Shown in pieces: positions 10,223 through 20,699 of a stretch of 64,000 nucleotides of DNA. Within the stretch, counting starts at the first letter, position 1. Each line of letters opens with the position of its first letter. The notes under the pieces are model-generated. The model had not been told where the DNA came from. It made no database searches and saw nothing but the letters and a program-made list of their open reading frames with translations. The position numbers were made by a program, and so were the translations under genes. This DNA comes from an uncultured Gulosibacter sp. (GTDB lineage: Bacteria > Actinomycetota > Actinomycetes > Actinomycetales > Microbacteriaceae). The stretch is taken from assembly GCA_964599975.1 (NCBI GenBank), contig CAZRHP010000002.1, positions 16,494-80,493 of the forward strand, given 5' to 3'.

Positions 10223-10427
10223 CCAATTTCACCCGCGAGTGACGTGTTCGTGGTTAATCCCCATTGAGGGTCTCTATTGCCAAATCCAAACGGGATGGCG
10301 TTTATTCGGGGGTCACCCATCACACGGTGGCTCCATTGACGCTTCGTAGGACGTCACACAAACCCTGCACAACTCCTGTCCCACGAGTCATCCTGTTCGA
10401 CCGAACAGAGAGTGCTGGAGAGGGGTA

Positions 10428-10466
10428 AGACAAAGGGCCCAACGCCATGCGCTGAGCCCTTTGTCT
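10428..10466 (-). terminator. hairpin downstream of qcrB (11-bp stem)
   Basis: AGACAAAGGGC (10428-10438) pairs perfectly with GCCCTTTGTCT (10456-10466), 10 nt past the qcrB stop. There is no clear U-tract. Confidence 0.4.
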
Positions 10467-10475
10467 GTTATGTCG

Positions 10476-12074
10476 TTAGTGGTGCGACTGCGATTCCAGT
10501 TCCGGCTTCGTGACAGGCGCGATGCGGTCCTCGAAGTAGAAACGTGATGCAGCGGCACGCATGCGCGATACCAGGGTGATCTTGCCCTTGGCGTTAGGAC
10601 GCAGCTTGACGGGTTCGTACTCGGTGTACGACACCAGGCTCCATCGTTCTGCATCGGTGAGAGGCGTGTGAATTTCACGGTACTCACCACCGGGCAGACG
10701 GACAATGCGGCTGGATTCGAAACCGTGAAGCACGATCTCGCGGTCCTTGCGCTGCAGTGCCAGAGCGAGCTTCTTGGTGATCCAGAAGGCAATGACCGGT
10801 CCGGCAAAGAACAGCACCTGCAGCGTGATGATGACGTCCTCAATTGTTACGCGGAAATGCGTAGCGATGAGGTCCGAGCTTGCGGCAGCCCACAGGATTG
10901 CGTAGAAGCTGACACCCGCTGCACCGATTGCGGTACGTGTGGGGGCGTTACGGGGGCGGTCCGCGATGTTGTGCTCGCGCTTGTCGCCGGTTACCCATGC
11001 CTCGAAGAAGGGGTAGAAAGCAACGACGACGAGGAACAGAACCAATACCACGATGGGAACGAGCATGTTCAGCGACCAGGTGTACCCGCCAATTACGAAC
11101 TCCCAGCCACTGGGGATCAGGCGCAACATGCCGTCAGCGAAACCGATGTACCAGTCAGGCTGAGTACCCGCAGAAACGGGGGAGGGGTCATAGGGTCCAT
11201 ACGACCAGATGGGGTTGATGGTGACCATCGAGGCAATGAGCATGACAACACCGAATACGAGGAAGAAGAATCCACCGGCCTTGGCTGCGAATACGGGAAG
11301 GATGGGCGAACCGACGACGTTGTCGTTGGTGCGACCGGGGCCCGCGAACTGCGTGTGCTTGTTGACGATCAGCAGAATCATGTGCAGCGCCAGCATGGCA
11401 ATGAGGATTGCGGGCAACAGCATGATGTGCAGTACATACAAGCGGGGGATAATTTCATGTCCGGGGAACTCTCCACCGAACAGCATGTACGAGATCCAAG
11501 CACCAGCGACAGGAACGGCCTTGATCATGCCATCGATGATGCGCAGACCGTTACCCGAGAGCAGGTCGTCAGGCAGCGAATAGCCCGTGAAACCTTCGGC
11601 CATAGCGAGAACGAACAGGACGAAACCGATGACCCAGTTGAGCTCACGAGGCTTGCGGAACGCACCGGTGAAGAACACACGGAGCATGTGCAGGCCGATC
11701 GATGCGACGAACAGCAGCGCGGCCCAGTGGTGGACCTGTCGCATGAGCAGACCGCCACGAATATCAAACGAGATGTCGAGCGACGAGTGGTAGGCCACTG
11801 ACATTTCAATTCCCTTGAGGGGAACGTAGCTTCCTTCGTAGTGAACCTCGGTCATCGAGGGGTCAAAGAAGAAGGTCAGGAACGTACCCGACAGAAGGAT
11901 GATGACGAAGCTGTACAGTGCAACCTCACCGAGCATGAACGACCAGTGATCGGGGAAGATCTTGCGTCCCAGAAGCTTGACGGCGCCGGAGATGCTGGTG
12001 CGCTCGTCGACGTAGTTGGCGGCCCAACCCACGAAACGCATGCCCGTACCGGGCTTTTCTACGGTGTTGGTCAC
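10476..12074 (-). CDS. qcrB: cytochrome bc1 complex cytochrome b subunit
   Basis: 532-aa polytopic protein with conserved cytochrome b heme-ligand helices, sitting last in the ctaE-qcrCAB cluster. Confidence 0.95.
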   Translation of the reverse strand: MTNTVEKPGTGMRFVGWAANYVDERTSISGAVKLLGRKIFPDHWSFMLGEVALYSFVIILLSGTFLTFFFDPSMTEVHYEGSYVPLKGIEMSVAYHSSLDISFDIRGGLLMRQVHHWAALLFVASIGLHMLRVFFTGAFRKPRELNWVIGFVLFVLAMAEGFTGYSLPDDLLSGNGLRIIDGMIKAVPVAGAWISYMLFGGEFPGHEIIPRLYVLHIMLLPAILIAMLALHMILLIVNKHTQFAGPGRTNDNVVGSPILPVFAAKAGGFFFLVFGVVMLIASMVTINPIWSYGPYDPSPVSAGTQPDWYIGFADGMLRLIPSGWEFVIGGYTWSLNMLVPIVVLVLFLVVVAFYPFFEAWVTGDKREHNIADRPRNAPTRTAIGAAGVSFYAILWAAASSDLIATHFRVTIEDVIITLQVLFFAGPVIAFWITKKLALALQRKDREIVLHGFESSRIVRLPGGEYREIHTPLTDAERWSLVSYTEYEPVKLRPNAKGKITLVSRMRAAASRFYFEDRIAPVTKPELESQSHH

Positions 12075-13099
12075 AGTGCACGCTCCCAGTAGCTAGGTCC
12101 AACAGGTTCGAGGAAGTCGCTCTGAGCGACGAGGTAACCCTCTGCGTCCACGGCGATGGGCAGCTGAGGAAGAGGTCGGGCGGCAGGTCCAAAGATGACT
12201 TTGCAGTGCTCGGTCACGTCGAACTGCGACTGGTGGCACGGGCAGAGGAGGTGGTGAGTCTGCTGTTCGTACAGTGCCACGGGGCAACCGACGTGGGTGC
12301 AGATCTTGGAATAGGCGACGATACCGTCGTAGGACCAGCCTGCGCGGTCAGCCGATTCCTTCAGATCTGCGGGATTCAAACGCATCAACAGAACGGCGGC
12401 CTTGGCCTTTTCGTCCAGCATGCCCTCTTCGATTTCCAGCAGGTTCTCGGGAATTACGTGGAATGCTGAACCAATGGTGACTTCGCTGGCCTTAATCGGG
12501 GTTCCGTTGGGGTCGCGGGTCAGTCGTACTCCGGCCTTCCAAATGGTGTGGTTCAGGACTTCCTGAGGTGCTTCGGCCGGTGCGAGGTCGCGGAACAGTG
12601 CCACTGCGGGTACCGGAACAGCAACCATTGCGCCGATCATCGAGTTGCGCAGCAGGCGACGACGGGTCCAACCGGACTCCTTGTTGGCTTCCTGGAAGAT
12701 TTCAACGGCCTTGGCGCGAACGGGTTCTTCTCCACGAGTTCCGTGACGCTCTTCGACGAGGTCGTGACCGTGCATCAGAGCCTTCGCCCAGTGGACGACA
12801 CCCACACCAATGGCAAGCAGACCGAAGGCGATGCCCAGGCCAACGAACATGGTGTTGTTACGGATCGACTGAGGGTCGCCCTCAACAATCGGGAACACAT
12901 TGTAGGCAACTGCTGCGAGAACCGTGAAAACGATGGACACGATGAAGAGCAACGAAATCCATCGCTCTGTCTTGTCGGCACGCTTGGGGTCGACGTCGGC
13001 AACACGCTGGTGTTCCGCCTCGAAACCGGGGTTTTCGAAAGCGCCCGAGCGGGTCACAGCAGAACCTGCGTTCACCAGCTCGTTTTCTGACTTAGCCAT
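12071..13099 (-). CDS. qcrA: cytochrome bc1 complex Rieske iron-sulfur subunit
   Basis: Rieske boxes CTHVGCPV and CPCHQSQF. Overlaps the qcrB start. Confidence 0.93.
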   Translation of the reverse strand: MAKSENELVNAGSAVTRSGAFENPGFEAEHQRVADVDPKRADKTERWISLLFIVSIVFTVLAAVAYNVFPIVEGDPQSIRNNTMFVGLGIAFGLLAIGVGVVHWAKALMHGHDLVEERHGTRGEEPVRAKAVEIFQEANKESGWTRRRLLRNSMIGAMVAVPVPAVALFRDLAPAEAPQEVLNHTIWKAGVRLTRDPNGTPIKASEVTIGSAFHVIPENLLEIEEGMLDEKAKAAVLLMRLNPADLKESADRAGWSYDGIVAYSKICTHVGCPVALYEQQTHHLLCPCHQSQFDVTEHCKVIFGPAARPLPQLPIAVDAEGYLVAQSDFLEPVGPSYWERAL

Positions 13100-13129
13100 C
13101 GGATGACCTTTCGGATTAGGGAAAAATAA

Positions 13130-13915
13130 TTAGTTGGACTTGGCTGTGAGCCAGACGGTGATGGCTACGAGGCCACCGAGACCGAAAATCCAGATGAACA
13201 GACCCTCGGACACGGGGCCCAATGCGCCCAGGTCGAGTCCGCCAACTGAGGGGTTTCCATCCATGTACTTCAGGTATGCAATGACGTCACGCTTCTCGTC
13301 AGCCGACAGGTTCATGTCCGAGAAAACGGGCATGTTCTGAGGTCCAGTGACCATTGCGGCATAGATGTAGACGGGGTCAATGTTCTTGAGGTTAGGTGCG
13401 AACTTGCCCTCGGTCAGAGCACCACCGGCACCGGCAACGTTGTGGCACATTGCGCAGTTGATGCGGAACAGTTCAGCACCGTTCGACGCGTCACCGCCCT
13501 CAAGTTCGGCGTCAGTGGGGACTGCGGGACCAGGAGCCAGCGAGGCCACCCACGCCGCCATGCTGTCGATGTCTTCCTGGACAAACTGTGCGGGCTTGGT
13601 CTGAACCTGGGGACCGGTTCCCGCCATGGGCATACGGCCGGTGCCGACCTGGAACTCAACCGACAGGGCGCCGACGCCGATCAGCGAAGGACCGGCGTTG
13701 GTTCCCTCGGCGTTGAGGCCGTGGCAGGAAGCACAGTTTGCCTGGAAAAGCTTCTTGCCGTCATCGAGAGTCGCGACAGCGACTTCGGAGGACTCAGCGG
13801 CTGCGGCTCCAGTGAAGAGCGCATAAGTACCGCCGGTGGCAAAGAGGCCAACAACGAGAAGTGCAACGGATGCCAGCGGGTGGCGGCGTCCTGAACGGTG
13901 AGAGAGCTTGCTCAT
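13130..13915 (-). CDS. qcrC: cytochrome bc1 complex diheme cytochrome c subunit
   Basis: Two CxxCH sites (CASCHG, CAMCHN). Start chosen at ATG 13915 (MSKLSHRSGRR plus signal/TM). Confidence 0.9.
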   Translation of the reverse strand: MSKLSHRSGRRHPLASVALLVVGLFATGGTYALFTGAAAAESSEVAVATLDDGKKLFQANCASCHGLNAEGTNAGPSLIGVGALSVEFQVGTGRMPMAGTGPQVQTKPAQFVQEDIDSMAAWVASLAPGPAVPTDAELEGGDASNGAELFRINCAMCHNVAGAGGALTEGKFAPNLKNIDPVYIYAAMVTGPQNMPVFSDMNLSADEKRDVIAYLKYMDGNPSVGGLDLGALGPVSEGLFIWIFGLGGLVAITVWLTAKSN

Positions 13916-13934
13916 AGTCGTATCTTCTTTTCGT

Positions 13935-14558
13935 TTACTTGAGTACGTAGATGACGAGGAACAGACCGATCCACACAACATCAACGAAGTGCCAGTAGTA
14001 CGACACGGCAATCATCGAGTTTGCGTCACGGTGAGTGAAGTTCTTCAGTGCGTAGATGCGGCCAATCATCAGGATGAAAGCGATGAGGCCGATGGTGACG
14101 TGCAGACCGTGGAAACCAGTGGTCAAGTAGAAGGCTGAACCATAGGCGTCGCTGTTGAGGGTCACCCATTCGCTGGTCAGTGTTGCGTATTCGAAGACCT
14201 GGCCGACGACGAAGATAGCGCCCATGACATAGGTCAGGAAGAACCATTCGACGACACCCCACTTCATGGGGGACCAACCGGTACGACGAGGCTGCAGACG
14301 CTCTGCCGCGAACACACCGAACTGGCAGGTGACACTCGAAAGAACGAGGATCACGGTGTTCGTCAACGAGAACGGGATGTTCAGTTTGGCGGTCTGTTCG
14401 GCCCAGATTTCAGGGGCCATGGAACGGAGCGAGAAATAGATCGCAAACAGACCGGCAAAGAACATCACCTCACTCGCGAGCCACACGATTGTGCCAACGG
14501 CAACGGAGTTAGGGCGATTTACGACCGGCATGGGTCGAGAAATAGAGGCACTAGTCAC
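13935..14558 (-). CDS. ctaE: cytochrome c oxidase subunit III
   Basis: [25 protein letters not shown] and [14 protein letters not shown] are typical of CtaE. Start is GTG 14558 (alternative ATG 14531). Confidence 0.9.
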   Translation of the reverse strand: MTSASISRPMPVVNRPNSVAVGTIVWLASEVMFFAGLFAIYFSLRSMAPEIWAEQTAKLNIPFSLTNTVILVLSSVTCQFGVFAAERLQPRRTGWSPMKWGVVEWFFLTYVMGAIFVVGQVFEYATLTSEWVTLNSDAYGSAFYLTTGFHGLHVTIGLIAFILMIGRIYALKNFTHRDANSMIAVSYYWHFVDVVWIGLFLVIYVLK

Positions 14559-14674
14559 GTTGTCTATTATGGCGTGAATTGTGCGCTCATACGAACTGAG
14601 GCGGGTGTGTTTGGGCACTATTTTCGGCACTTTTAGGTCCAAAGTCCCTAATGCCGGACCGCTAACATAAAGGC

Positions 14675-15721
14675 ATGACCACACCGAACTGGGCTGAACT
14701 GCTGGAAACCTTGTTGCGCGGGGAATCTTTGTCTATTTCTGTTGCGCGAAACGCCATGGAATCCGTTATGAACGGCGACGTTTCGGAGGCTCAATTAGCC
14801 GGTTTTCTCGTCGCACTGCGCGCCAAGGGGGAGTCAGTCGATGAGGTAGTCGGGTTCCGTGACGCAATTCTTTCCGCGGCAGTTCCCCTGTCCGTCACTA
14901 CGTCGGCCGTTGACATTGTCGGTAGCGGGGGAGACCCCATCGGCGTCACCAACGTGTCATCCATCGCCTCGATCGTTGTGTCCGCAGCAGGTATCCCCGT
15001 CATCAAACACGGAAATCGTGCCGCGAGCAGCCGGTCCGGAGCCAGCGACGTTCTCACCGAGCTCGGCGTCAATATTGGAATCAGCGCGGATCGCGTCGCC
15101 GACGTTTTTTCGGGCATAAATCTCACCTATGTCAATGCCATGGTGTTTCACCCGGGATTCCGCAATGCGGGGCCCGTTCGTAGCCAATTAGGGATTCCCA
15201 CGGTATTTAACATTTTGGGACCGTTGTGCAACCCCGCACGGCCCGAAGCAAATGCTCTGGGCGTATCACAGCCCGACCGAATCCCGCTGGTTGTCGGGGT
15301 TTTCCAGACCCGAGGGGCGACTGCACTGGTGTACAGGGGAGAGGACGGAATCGACAAGATTACGACCACCGGTCATTCCCATGTGTGGGAGGTCAGTCGC
15401 GGCAGTGTGACCGAGCACGACTTTGACCCGCGAGAAATCGGTTTTGAGTATTCCCGAATTGACGAAATCAAGGGCGGCACACCGGCCGAGAACGCCCAGG
15501 CCGCACGAGCGGTACTCGCGGGAGCTACGGGGGCCATCCGTGACATCATCCTGCTGAACGCTGCAGCAGGAATTGTGGCGTACAAGTTGTCGTTGGATCC
15601 TGCGGAACGCGACAGGACCTTCGCCGAGCGCATGGCCGAGGGCGTCCAGATTGCGGCCAGCGCGCTTGACTCAGGTGCGGCGTCACGTCAACTTGACGCC
15701 TGGGTCGAGGCAACTGCCTAA
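14675..15721 (+). CDS. trpD: anthranilate phosphoribosyltransferase
   Basis: 348 aa with VDIVGSGGD and KHGNRAASS motifs. Divergent from ctaE, as in mycobacteria. Confidence 0.95.
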   Translation: MTTPNWAELLETLLRGESLSISVARNAMESVMNGDVSEAQLAGFLVALRAKGESVDEVVGFRDAILSAAVPLSVTTSAVDIVGSGGDPIGVTNVSSIASIVVSAAGIPVIKHGNRAASSRSGASDVLTELGVNIGISADRVADVFSGINLTYVNAMVFHPGFRNAGPVRSQLGIPTVFNILGPLCNPARPEANALGVSQPDRIPLVVGVFQTRGATALVYRGEDGIDKITTTGHSHVWEVSRGSVTEHDFDPREIGFEYSRIDEIKGGTPAENAQAARAVLAGATGAIRDIILLNAAAGIVAYKLSLDPAERDRTFAERMAEGVQIAASALDSGAASRQLDAWVEATA

Positions 15722-15802
15722 AACAGTCGGAGAGTAGGCCAGTTCATGTTCTACGCTCAAACTTACATAATGTGCATTATCGGATAATGCGCGCAGGGGC
15801 AA

Positions 15803-16408
15803 TTACGACCGAGCGTCTCCGGTAAGCCCAAAAGCCTTCATCATGCTCTGCACCATCGGGCCCACCAGAAGAACAAAAAGTACTGTGCCCAGCCCGACGA
15901 CGCCACCAGCGGCGAATCCCAGAACTGTTGCCGAGCCTTCGATGATCATGCGCACAAGCCAGACCGGCTTGTTAAATTTACGAACAGCTCCAGTCATGAG
16001 GCCGTCACGCGGCCCCGGGCCCAGTCGGGCGCTGATGTACAGTCCAGTTCCCACGGCGAGAATCGCAATTCCTGCAACGAACACCAGGACGCGTGCAGGG
16101 TAATCCAACGGTGTCATGACGGGAACAAAACCGAGACACAGGTCGACAAATGGGCCGATAAGCAGTGCATTCATGACGGTGCCAACCCCGGGACGCTGCT
16201 TCAGAGGAATCCACAGCACGAGAACGAGCGCGCTGGCAACCACGGTCGAAACGCCAAAGCTGAAACCTGTCAGGTTCGATGTGCCCTTTGCGAAAACGTC
16301 CCACGGGGCCATGCCGATCGCGGCTCTGAGCTGAAAGGCGATTCCTAGCGCAAACAAGAACAGTCCGGCGATAAGCCGAATCGCTTGATTGAGGGAAGGA
16401 ATTTTCAC
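15803..16408 (-). CDS. YczE-like membrane protein
   Basis: 201-aa hydrophobic protein with GMAPWDVF and GPGPRDGLM motifs, recalled from the YczE/DUF6198 family. Confidence 0.6.
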   Translation of the reverse strand: MKIPSLNQAIRLIAGLFLFALGIAFQLRAAIGMAPWDVFAKGTSNLTGFSFGVSTVVASALVLVLWIPLKQRPGVGTVMNALLIGPFVDLCLGFVPVMTPLDYPARVLVFVAGIAILAVGTGLYISARLGPGPRDGLMTGAVRKFNKPVWLVRMIIEGSATVLGFAAGGVVGLGTVLFVLLVGPMVQSMMKAFGLTGDARS

Positions 16409-16417
16409 ATATTTAGT

Positions 16418-17182
16418 TTACGACAAAAAGTCCGAAATGTCACCCACAAGTCGAGTATTATTTTCGGGAACCGGGTCGACTGCCGCTGCGGCCACTTCGG
16501 CGGCGAATTCTTCGACATTGTAAAGTTTTCCGACGGCTGCCTTGCGGGACTCCAGTGCACCGGGGTTTGAACGGTCCAACAGTGTCGCCGTTACCGTTCC
16601 CTCGATCATGTCCCCGGAAACGACAGTAAATCCGATTCCCTGGTCGGCCAGCCCGGGAATAAGCTCTCGCAGTGCGTCCTCCCCCGCGCGCTTGGACAGC
16701 GCGACGGGAGCATAGTCATCCATGGTTTCCTTCTGGTGGATGAAGTGAGCTTGGTGGCTCGTAACAAAGACAACACGCGAACCCTCGTGCAACAAGGGGC
16801 GCAAAGTCTGGAGCAGGTTGACCTGAGCATCCCGGTTGAGGCGCATGGCGTAGTCATCCCCCATGCCAGATTCCATGCCACCAGATGCGTTGAGGACCAG
16901 AATGTCGAGCGATCCGAACTCCGAAGCCAGTGTGTCGCGCAGGGCCGAAATAGTGTCATAGTCCGTTAGGTCAGCGCCCACAGCAATTGCAGAGCCCCCG
17001 GCGGCAATAATCCCGTCGCGCAACTTGATGGCGCGGGCCTCTTTATTGCGGTAGTTGATGGCAACACGTGCGCCGGCCTCGGCAAAGTAACCTATGGTGG
17101 CCGCGCCGATTCCTCGAGACGATCCGGAAACGAAAGCGGTCTTGCCGGCCAACTGGCCTGACGACAAAGGGTTAAGAGTCAT
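16418..17182 (-). CDS. SDR-family oxidoreductase
   Basis: 254-aa ORF with the SDR cofactor-binding motif SGSSRGIG near the N-terminus and an NASGG motif. Confidence 0.85.
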   Translation of the reverse strand: MTLNPLSSGQLAGKTAFVSGSSRGIGAATIGYFAEAGARVAINYRNKEARAIKLRDGIIAAGGSAIAVGADLTDYDTISALRDTLASEFGSLDILVLNASGGMESGMGDDYAMRLNRDAQVNLLQTLRPLLHEGSRVVFVTSHQAHFIHQKETMDDYAPVALSKRAGEDALRELIPGLADQGIGFTVVSGDMIEGTVTATLLDRSNPGALESRKAAVGKLYNVEEFAAEVAAAAVDPVPENNTRLVGDISDFLS

Positions 17183-17225
17183 GGATTAACCCTAGCGCGA
17201 ATGCCGTTCGTGCTAGCGTCACAAC

Positions 17226-17978
17226 GTGCACAGTTCGTCATCACGACACCCGTATTTGGTTGGTTCTACGCCTCGAGTGTTAGCTCATCGTGGCCTGCAC
17301 CTAAACAGTGCCGAAAACTCGCGCACGTCATTTCGTCAGGCACTGGACACGGGGACACGGATCATCGAAACCGATGTCCACGGTTCACGTGATGGAGTCG
17401 CCATTATTTGCCACGATTCCGATTTGGCACGTGTAGCGAATATGGCTGCAACGGTCGAGTCCCTGCATAGCGAGGAATTGATGCAGGTGCACATTTCCGA
17501 CACGGATACGCTGTGGACCTTGGAACAGGCACTCACCGAGTTTCCCAATGCCCTGTTCAACATTGACATCAAAGATGAACGCGCTGTCGAGGGCACAATC
17601 GATGCCGTTCAGCGCACCAGCGCGTCCGACCGAGTACTCATTACATCGTTTTCGCGAGTGCGACGCATCAACACGGTCCGTGATTTGCCTGGCGTCGCGT
17701 CGAGCCCCTCCGCAACGGAATTCCTGGGCCTGTGGGTCAAGGCCCTGTTGGGCATTCCGTTCACCGCTGCTCAATTTGTCGCCGTCCAGGTCCCCGAAAG
17801 GTATGGCCCTATTCGGATTGTGTCCCCGAGGTCGGTAAGAGCGTTCCACCGAGCGGGACTCGAAGTTCATGTCTGGACTGTCAACGATTCTGCATCGATG
17901 CGACGACTGTTGGATTACGGCGTGGATGGAATCGTGACCGATCGATGCGACATTGCGCACGGAGTCATCGCTTCATAA
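17226..17978 (+). CDS. glycerophosphodiester phosphodiesterase family protein
   Basis: Catalytic region HRGL..ENS...ETDVHGSRDGVAIICHD, plus VHVWTVND. Confidence 0.85.
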   Translation: MHSSSSRHPYLVGSTPRVLAHRGLHLNSAENSRTSFRQALDTGTRIIETDVHGSRDGVAIICHDSDLARVANMAATVESLHSEELMQVHISDTDTLWTLEQALTEFPNALFNIDIKDERAVEGTIDAVQRTSASDRVLITSFSRVRRINTVRDLPGVASSPSATEFLGLWVKALLGIPFTAAQFVAVQVPERYGPIRIVSPRSVRAFHRAGLEVHVWTVNDSASMRRLLDYGVDGIVTDRCDIAHGVIAS

Positions 17979-18057
17979 GTAACTCCGCCGAAATTCTCAG
18001 GAATTTCCGACCTGTTTCGTGAACTATGTGACTATCGCGGAACACTAGGAGGTCACA

Positions 18058-18444
18058 GTGAGTGAGAGAAAATTACGCGGTTCCACCCTCGGACGAATCA
18101 GCTTCGAGAACGAAATTGGTGCCGAAATGGCACCCCGACAGACTGCCAATTACGAAACCGCCGGGGGCGAACGCTTTTCGATCGTGTTCGACGCCGAGGC
18201 CGAACTTCCGTATGAATGGGTGTCGCCACACACGGGACAAATTGGCCGGCTTCTGACGATAAAGGGCGCGAAAGTGTTGGGAATTGACCCCAATGCTCCC
18301 GCCCCCACTCCCCCGACTGTTACACATTGGGAGCAACTGATGAAGAGACGCACCGTCGAGGAACTGGAAGTCTTGCTGGCCGAACGCATCGCAATTCTGC
18401 GAGAACGACGAGGCGACTTCAGCCACCTCAAGAAATCCGCGTAA
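18058..18444 (+). CDS. rbpA: RNA polymerase-binding protein RbpA
   Basis: LRGSTLGRISFENE..APRQ...Y.T..GE.F...F and THWEQLMKRRTVEELE match my memory of actinobacterial RbpA. AGGAGG RBS upstream. Confidence 0.85.
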   Translation: MSERKLRGSTLGRISFENEIGAEMAPRQTANYETAGGERFSIVFDAEAELPYEWVSPHTGQIGRLLTIKGAKVLGIDPNAPAPTPPTVTHWEQLMKRRTVEELEVLLAERIAILRERRGDFSHLKKSA

Positions 18445-19162
18445 ATCGTTTCGCTGCAGCGGCAAGCCGTAACGCAATCCCCCACGCAGTGATCCGGATC
18501 AACGCCTCACCGACAATTCCACTGTGCATTTTGGATACGCCCTGAGCGCGTTCGATAAACGTGATGGGGTGTTCGATTATCGTGAATCCCGCCCGTTCCA
18601 GCGTGTGGGTTACCTCAACCTGGAAACAATAACCATTACTCGCGGTGTGCGCGCGATCGAGTTCGAGAAGCGCATCGCGTGACAACACCCGAAATCCGGC
18701 CGTCAGGTCGTGAACACGGGATTTCAGGGCGACACGGGAATACGAATTACCGATGCGGGAAATCGCGCGGCGAAGTGCCGACCACCCCTGCACTGAACCG
18801 CCGGAAATCCACCTCGACCCCAGAACCAAACCAGCCGAGCGTGACTCCGCGATACCAAAAAGTGCTGTTAAGTCGGCAGGATTGTGCGAACCATCGGCAT
18901 CGATTTCCGCAACGTAGTCCGCACCCATGTCGAGCGCGATACTGAAACCCTCGCGGTAGGCGGCACCGAGACCAGATTTTTCGGTGCGGTGGACCACTCG
19001 AATCCACGTATCATGTTCCGAACGGCGTGCCACATGGTGGCCCGTGCCGTCGGGGGAATCATCGTCAACCACGAGCACCTGTGCATCGGGCACAGCAGCG
19101 TGGATTCGCGTCAGAATGCCATCAATATTGAGTAGTTCGTTGTACGTCGGAACGATGACCAT
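18428..19162 (-). CDS. ppm1: polyprenol-phosphate mannose synthase (GT2)
   Basis: VIVPTYNE, DDDSPDGTG and DADGSH motifs. Lies immediately downstream of lnt, as in corynebacteria and mycobacteria. Start is ATG 19162 (alternative GTG 19174). Confidence 0.88.
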   Translation of the reverse strand: MVIVPTYNELLNIDGILTRIHAAVPDAQVLVVDDDSPDGTGHHVARRSEHDTWIRVVHRTEKSGLGAAYREGFSIALDMGADYVAEIDADGSHNPADLTALFGIAESRSAGLVLGSRWISGGSVQGWSALRRAISRIGNSYSRVALKSRVHDLTAGFRVLSRDALLELDRAHTASNGYCFQVEVTHTLERAGFTIIEHPITFIERAQGVSKMHSGIVGEALIRITAWGIALRLAAAAKRFTRIS

Positions 19163-19166
19163 GCGA

Positions 19167-20696
19167 CTAGTCACGTTTCCGCCAGTACAGCAGCGGCAAC
19201 AAACCCAACGCGAAAACCACGAGCTCCGAGGGACGGCCCACAATCATCGCGGGGGTAATCGTCGAGGACAGCGGCACGTCGGCAACCATCACCCCGGGGG
19301 CGAATGGCTCAAGTCGAGCTATATCGGTACCGTCCGGTGCAATGATCGCGCTCACACCCACTGTCGAATCGTTGACCACGGAACGACCCGTTTCCATAGC
19401 GCGAATTCGGGCAATACCGAGTTGCTGGATGCTCTGATTACTGCGACCAAAATCGGCATTATTCGTTGGCGAGAAAATCACCTGAGCGCCGTCCGCAATC
19501 ATGTCCCGGAAGATCTCGTCGTCGACGATGTCGTAGCAGATGTTAACTCCCGCGAGAACGCCATTGATGTCAAAGATGGTGTCCCGTGTACCGAATGAGT
19601 AATCGCGGGGCACCATGTCGAACATGTCGGGCGCCAGAGGGTAGAAGAAGTCACGTTCGGGAAGATATTCTGCGAACGGGACGGGATGGATCTTGTCGTA
19701 TTGATCAGTAGCACCGAGGCCGAATTCCCATTGAATGACCGAATTGAAGGTTTCTTCCCCCTCGGATGTAATCGTCCCGAACAGGAACGGTGCCGAGAAC
19801 TGTGCCGAGATATCATCGGCGACGGAACCCGCGCTGGGATTGGTCAGTGGATTGATGTCGGCCGCATTTTCTGGCCACAACACAACGTCAACCTGTTCGT
19901 CCCAAGAATTCTGCATGGCCGTGTAATGAGCTCGGATGCCGTCCCCGGGCGAAATCTGTGCGAAAAGAGCAGAATCACTGTTGCCTTGAACAGCCATCAC
20001 TCGAATCGTGTCAGCAGACGGGATCGTGAACAATTGCGCGAGGGGAATCATGGACGCGACGATGGTGACGGCGACGAGACTGCGAAGTGCTTTCTGGTGC
20101 CGGTCGGTCATTCCGGTCCAGACCAGGACAAGCCAGACAGTTCCCGCTACAAGGACAGTGCCCGCAACTGATGTTCCCACGAGCGTCACAAGATGGCCGA
20201 CGGCGGTTTCTGCCTGTGAGTGGATGACTCTCCCCCACGCAAATCCGCCGAATGGCCACGTGGCGGCCAGCGATTCCCGCAATGTCCAGGCCGAAGCGAC
20301 AGTCACCGCCGTAACAAGGTCCGCCGTCAATGGGCGGTGAGTGGTGCGTGGGAAGTCAGTGTGTGGCCTGAACGAATCCCCGAAACGCCACGCGAGAGTC
20401 AAGGCAACGGCTCCCGCGGAAAAAATTAGAGCTTGGACGACGACCAACCCGAACCATGGAAGGAATCCTAGGTACACCGTGGTCCACTTGGCGAGGATGC
20501 CGTAATACACGAAACCGGTGACGGAGCCCAGCAGGAAGGACTCGACGAGGGCAATGTACCGAAACGCCGGAAGAAGTAATGCCAGACCCAGGAACATGAA
20601 ACCCCAGATACCCGGAGTGGGGAACGACAGCGCCATCAACCATGCTCCAACGAGCCCTTGCGGCAGCGCGTGCAGTAATTGGCGATGGAACAACAT
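19167..20696 (-). CDS. lnt: apolipoprotein N-acyltransferase
   Basis: 509 aa. N-terminal multi-TM region plus a C-terminal nitrilase-like CN-hydrolase domain (WPE, NICYD). Confidence 0.9.
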   Translation of the reverse strand: MLFHRQLLHALPQGLVGAWLMALSFPTPGIWGFMFLGLALLLPAFRYIALVESFLLGSVTGFVYYGILAKWTTVYLGFLPWFGLVVVQALIFSAGAVALTLAWRFGDSFRPHTDFPRTTHRPLTADLVTAVTVASAWTLRESLAATWPFGGFAWGRVIHSQAETAVGHLVTLVGTSVAGTVLVAGTVWLVLVWTGMTDRHQKALRSLVAVTIVASMIPLAQLFTIPSADTIRVMAVQGNSDSALFAQISPGDGIRAHYTAMQNSWDEQVDVVLWPENAADINPLTNPSAGSVADDISAQFSAPFLFGTITSEGEETFNSVIQWEFGLGATDQYDKIHPVPFAEYLPERDFFYPLAPDMFDMVPRDYSFGTRDTIFDINGVLAGVNICYDIVDDEIFRDMIADGAQVIFSPTNNADFGRSNQSIQQLGIARIRAMETGRSVVNDSTVGVSAIIAPDGTDIARLEPFAPGVMVADVPLSSTITPAMIVGRPSELVVFALGLLPLLYWRKRD

Positions 20697-20699
20697 GAT

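Noticed and set aside
10223-10427. An unusually long (~250 nt) non-coding gap between the convergent glycosyltransferase and qcrB genes, considered as a possible sRNA locus.
   Set aside because: I found only short hairpins (for example CTGTTCG-AC-CGAACAG, whose loop is too small). There is no promoter-like element or conserved structure I can support.
10668-11801. 377-aa plus-strand ORF antisense to qcrB. Similar cases are 12548-13090 opposite qcrA, 20901-21506 opposite helY and 36473-37342 opposite glgA.
   Set aside because: Each is opposite a confidently identified conserved gene and has no recognisable motifs. This is the typical high-GC shadow ORF pattern.
17979-18057. Possible SigR/SigH-type promoter (GGAAT-N18-GTT) and a 7-bp inverted repeat GAAATTC-TCAG-GAATTTC upstream of rbpA.
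   Set aside because: GGAAT is present, but no GTT occurs at the required spacing. The small palindrome alone is not enough to call a regulatory site.
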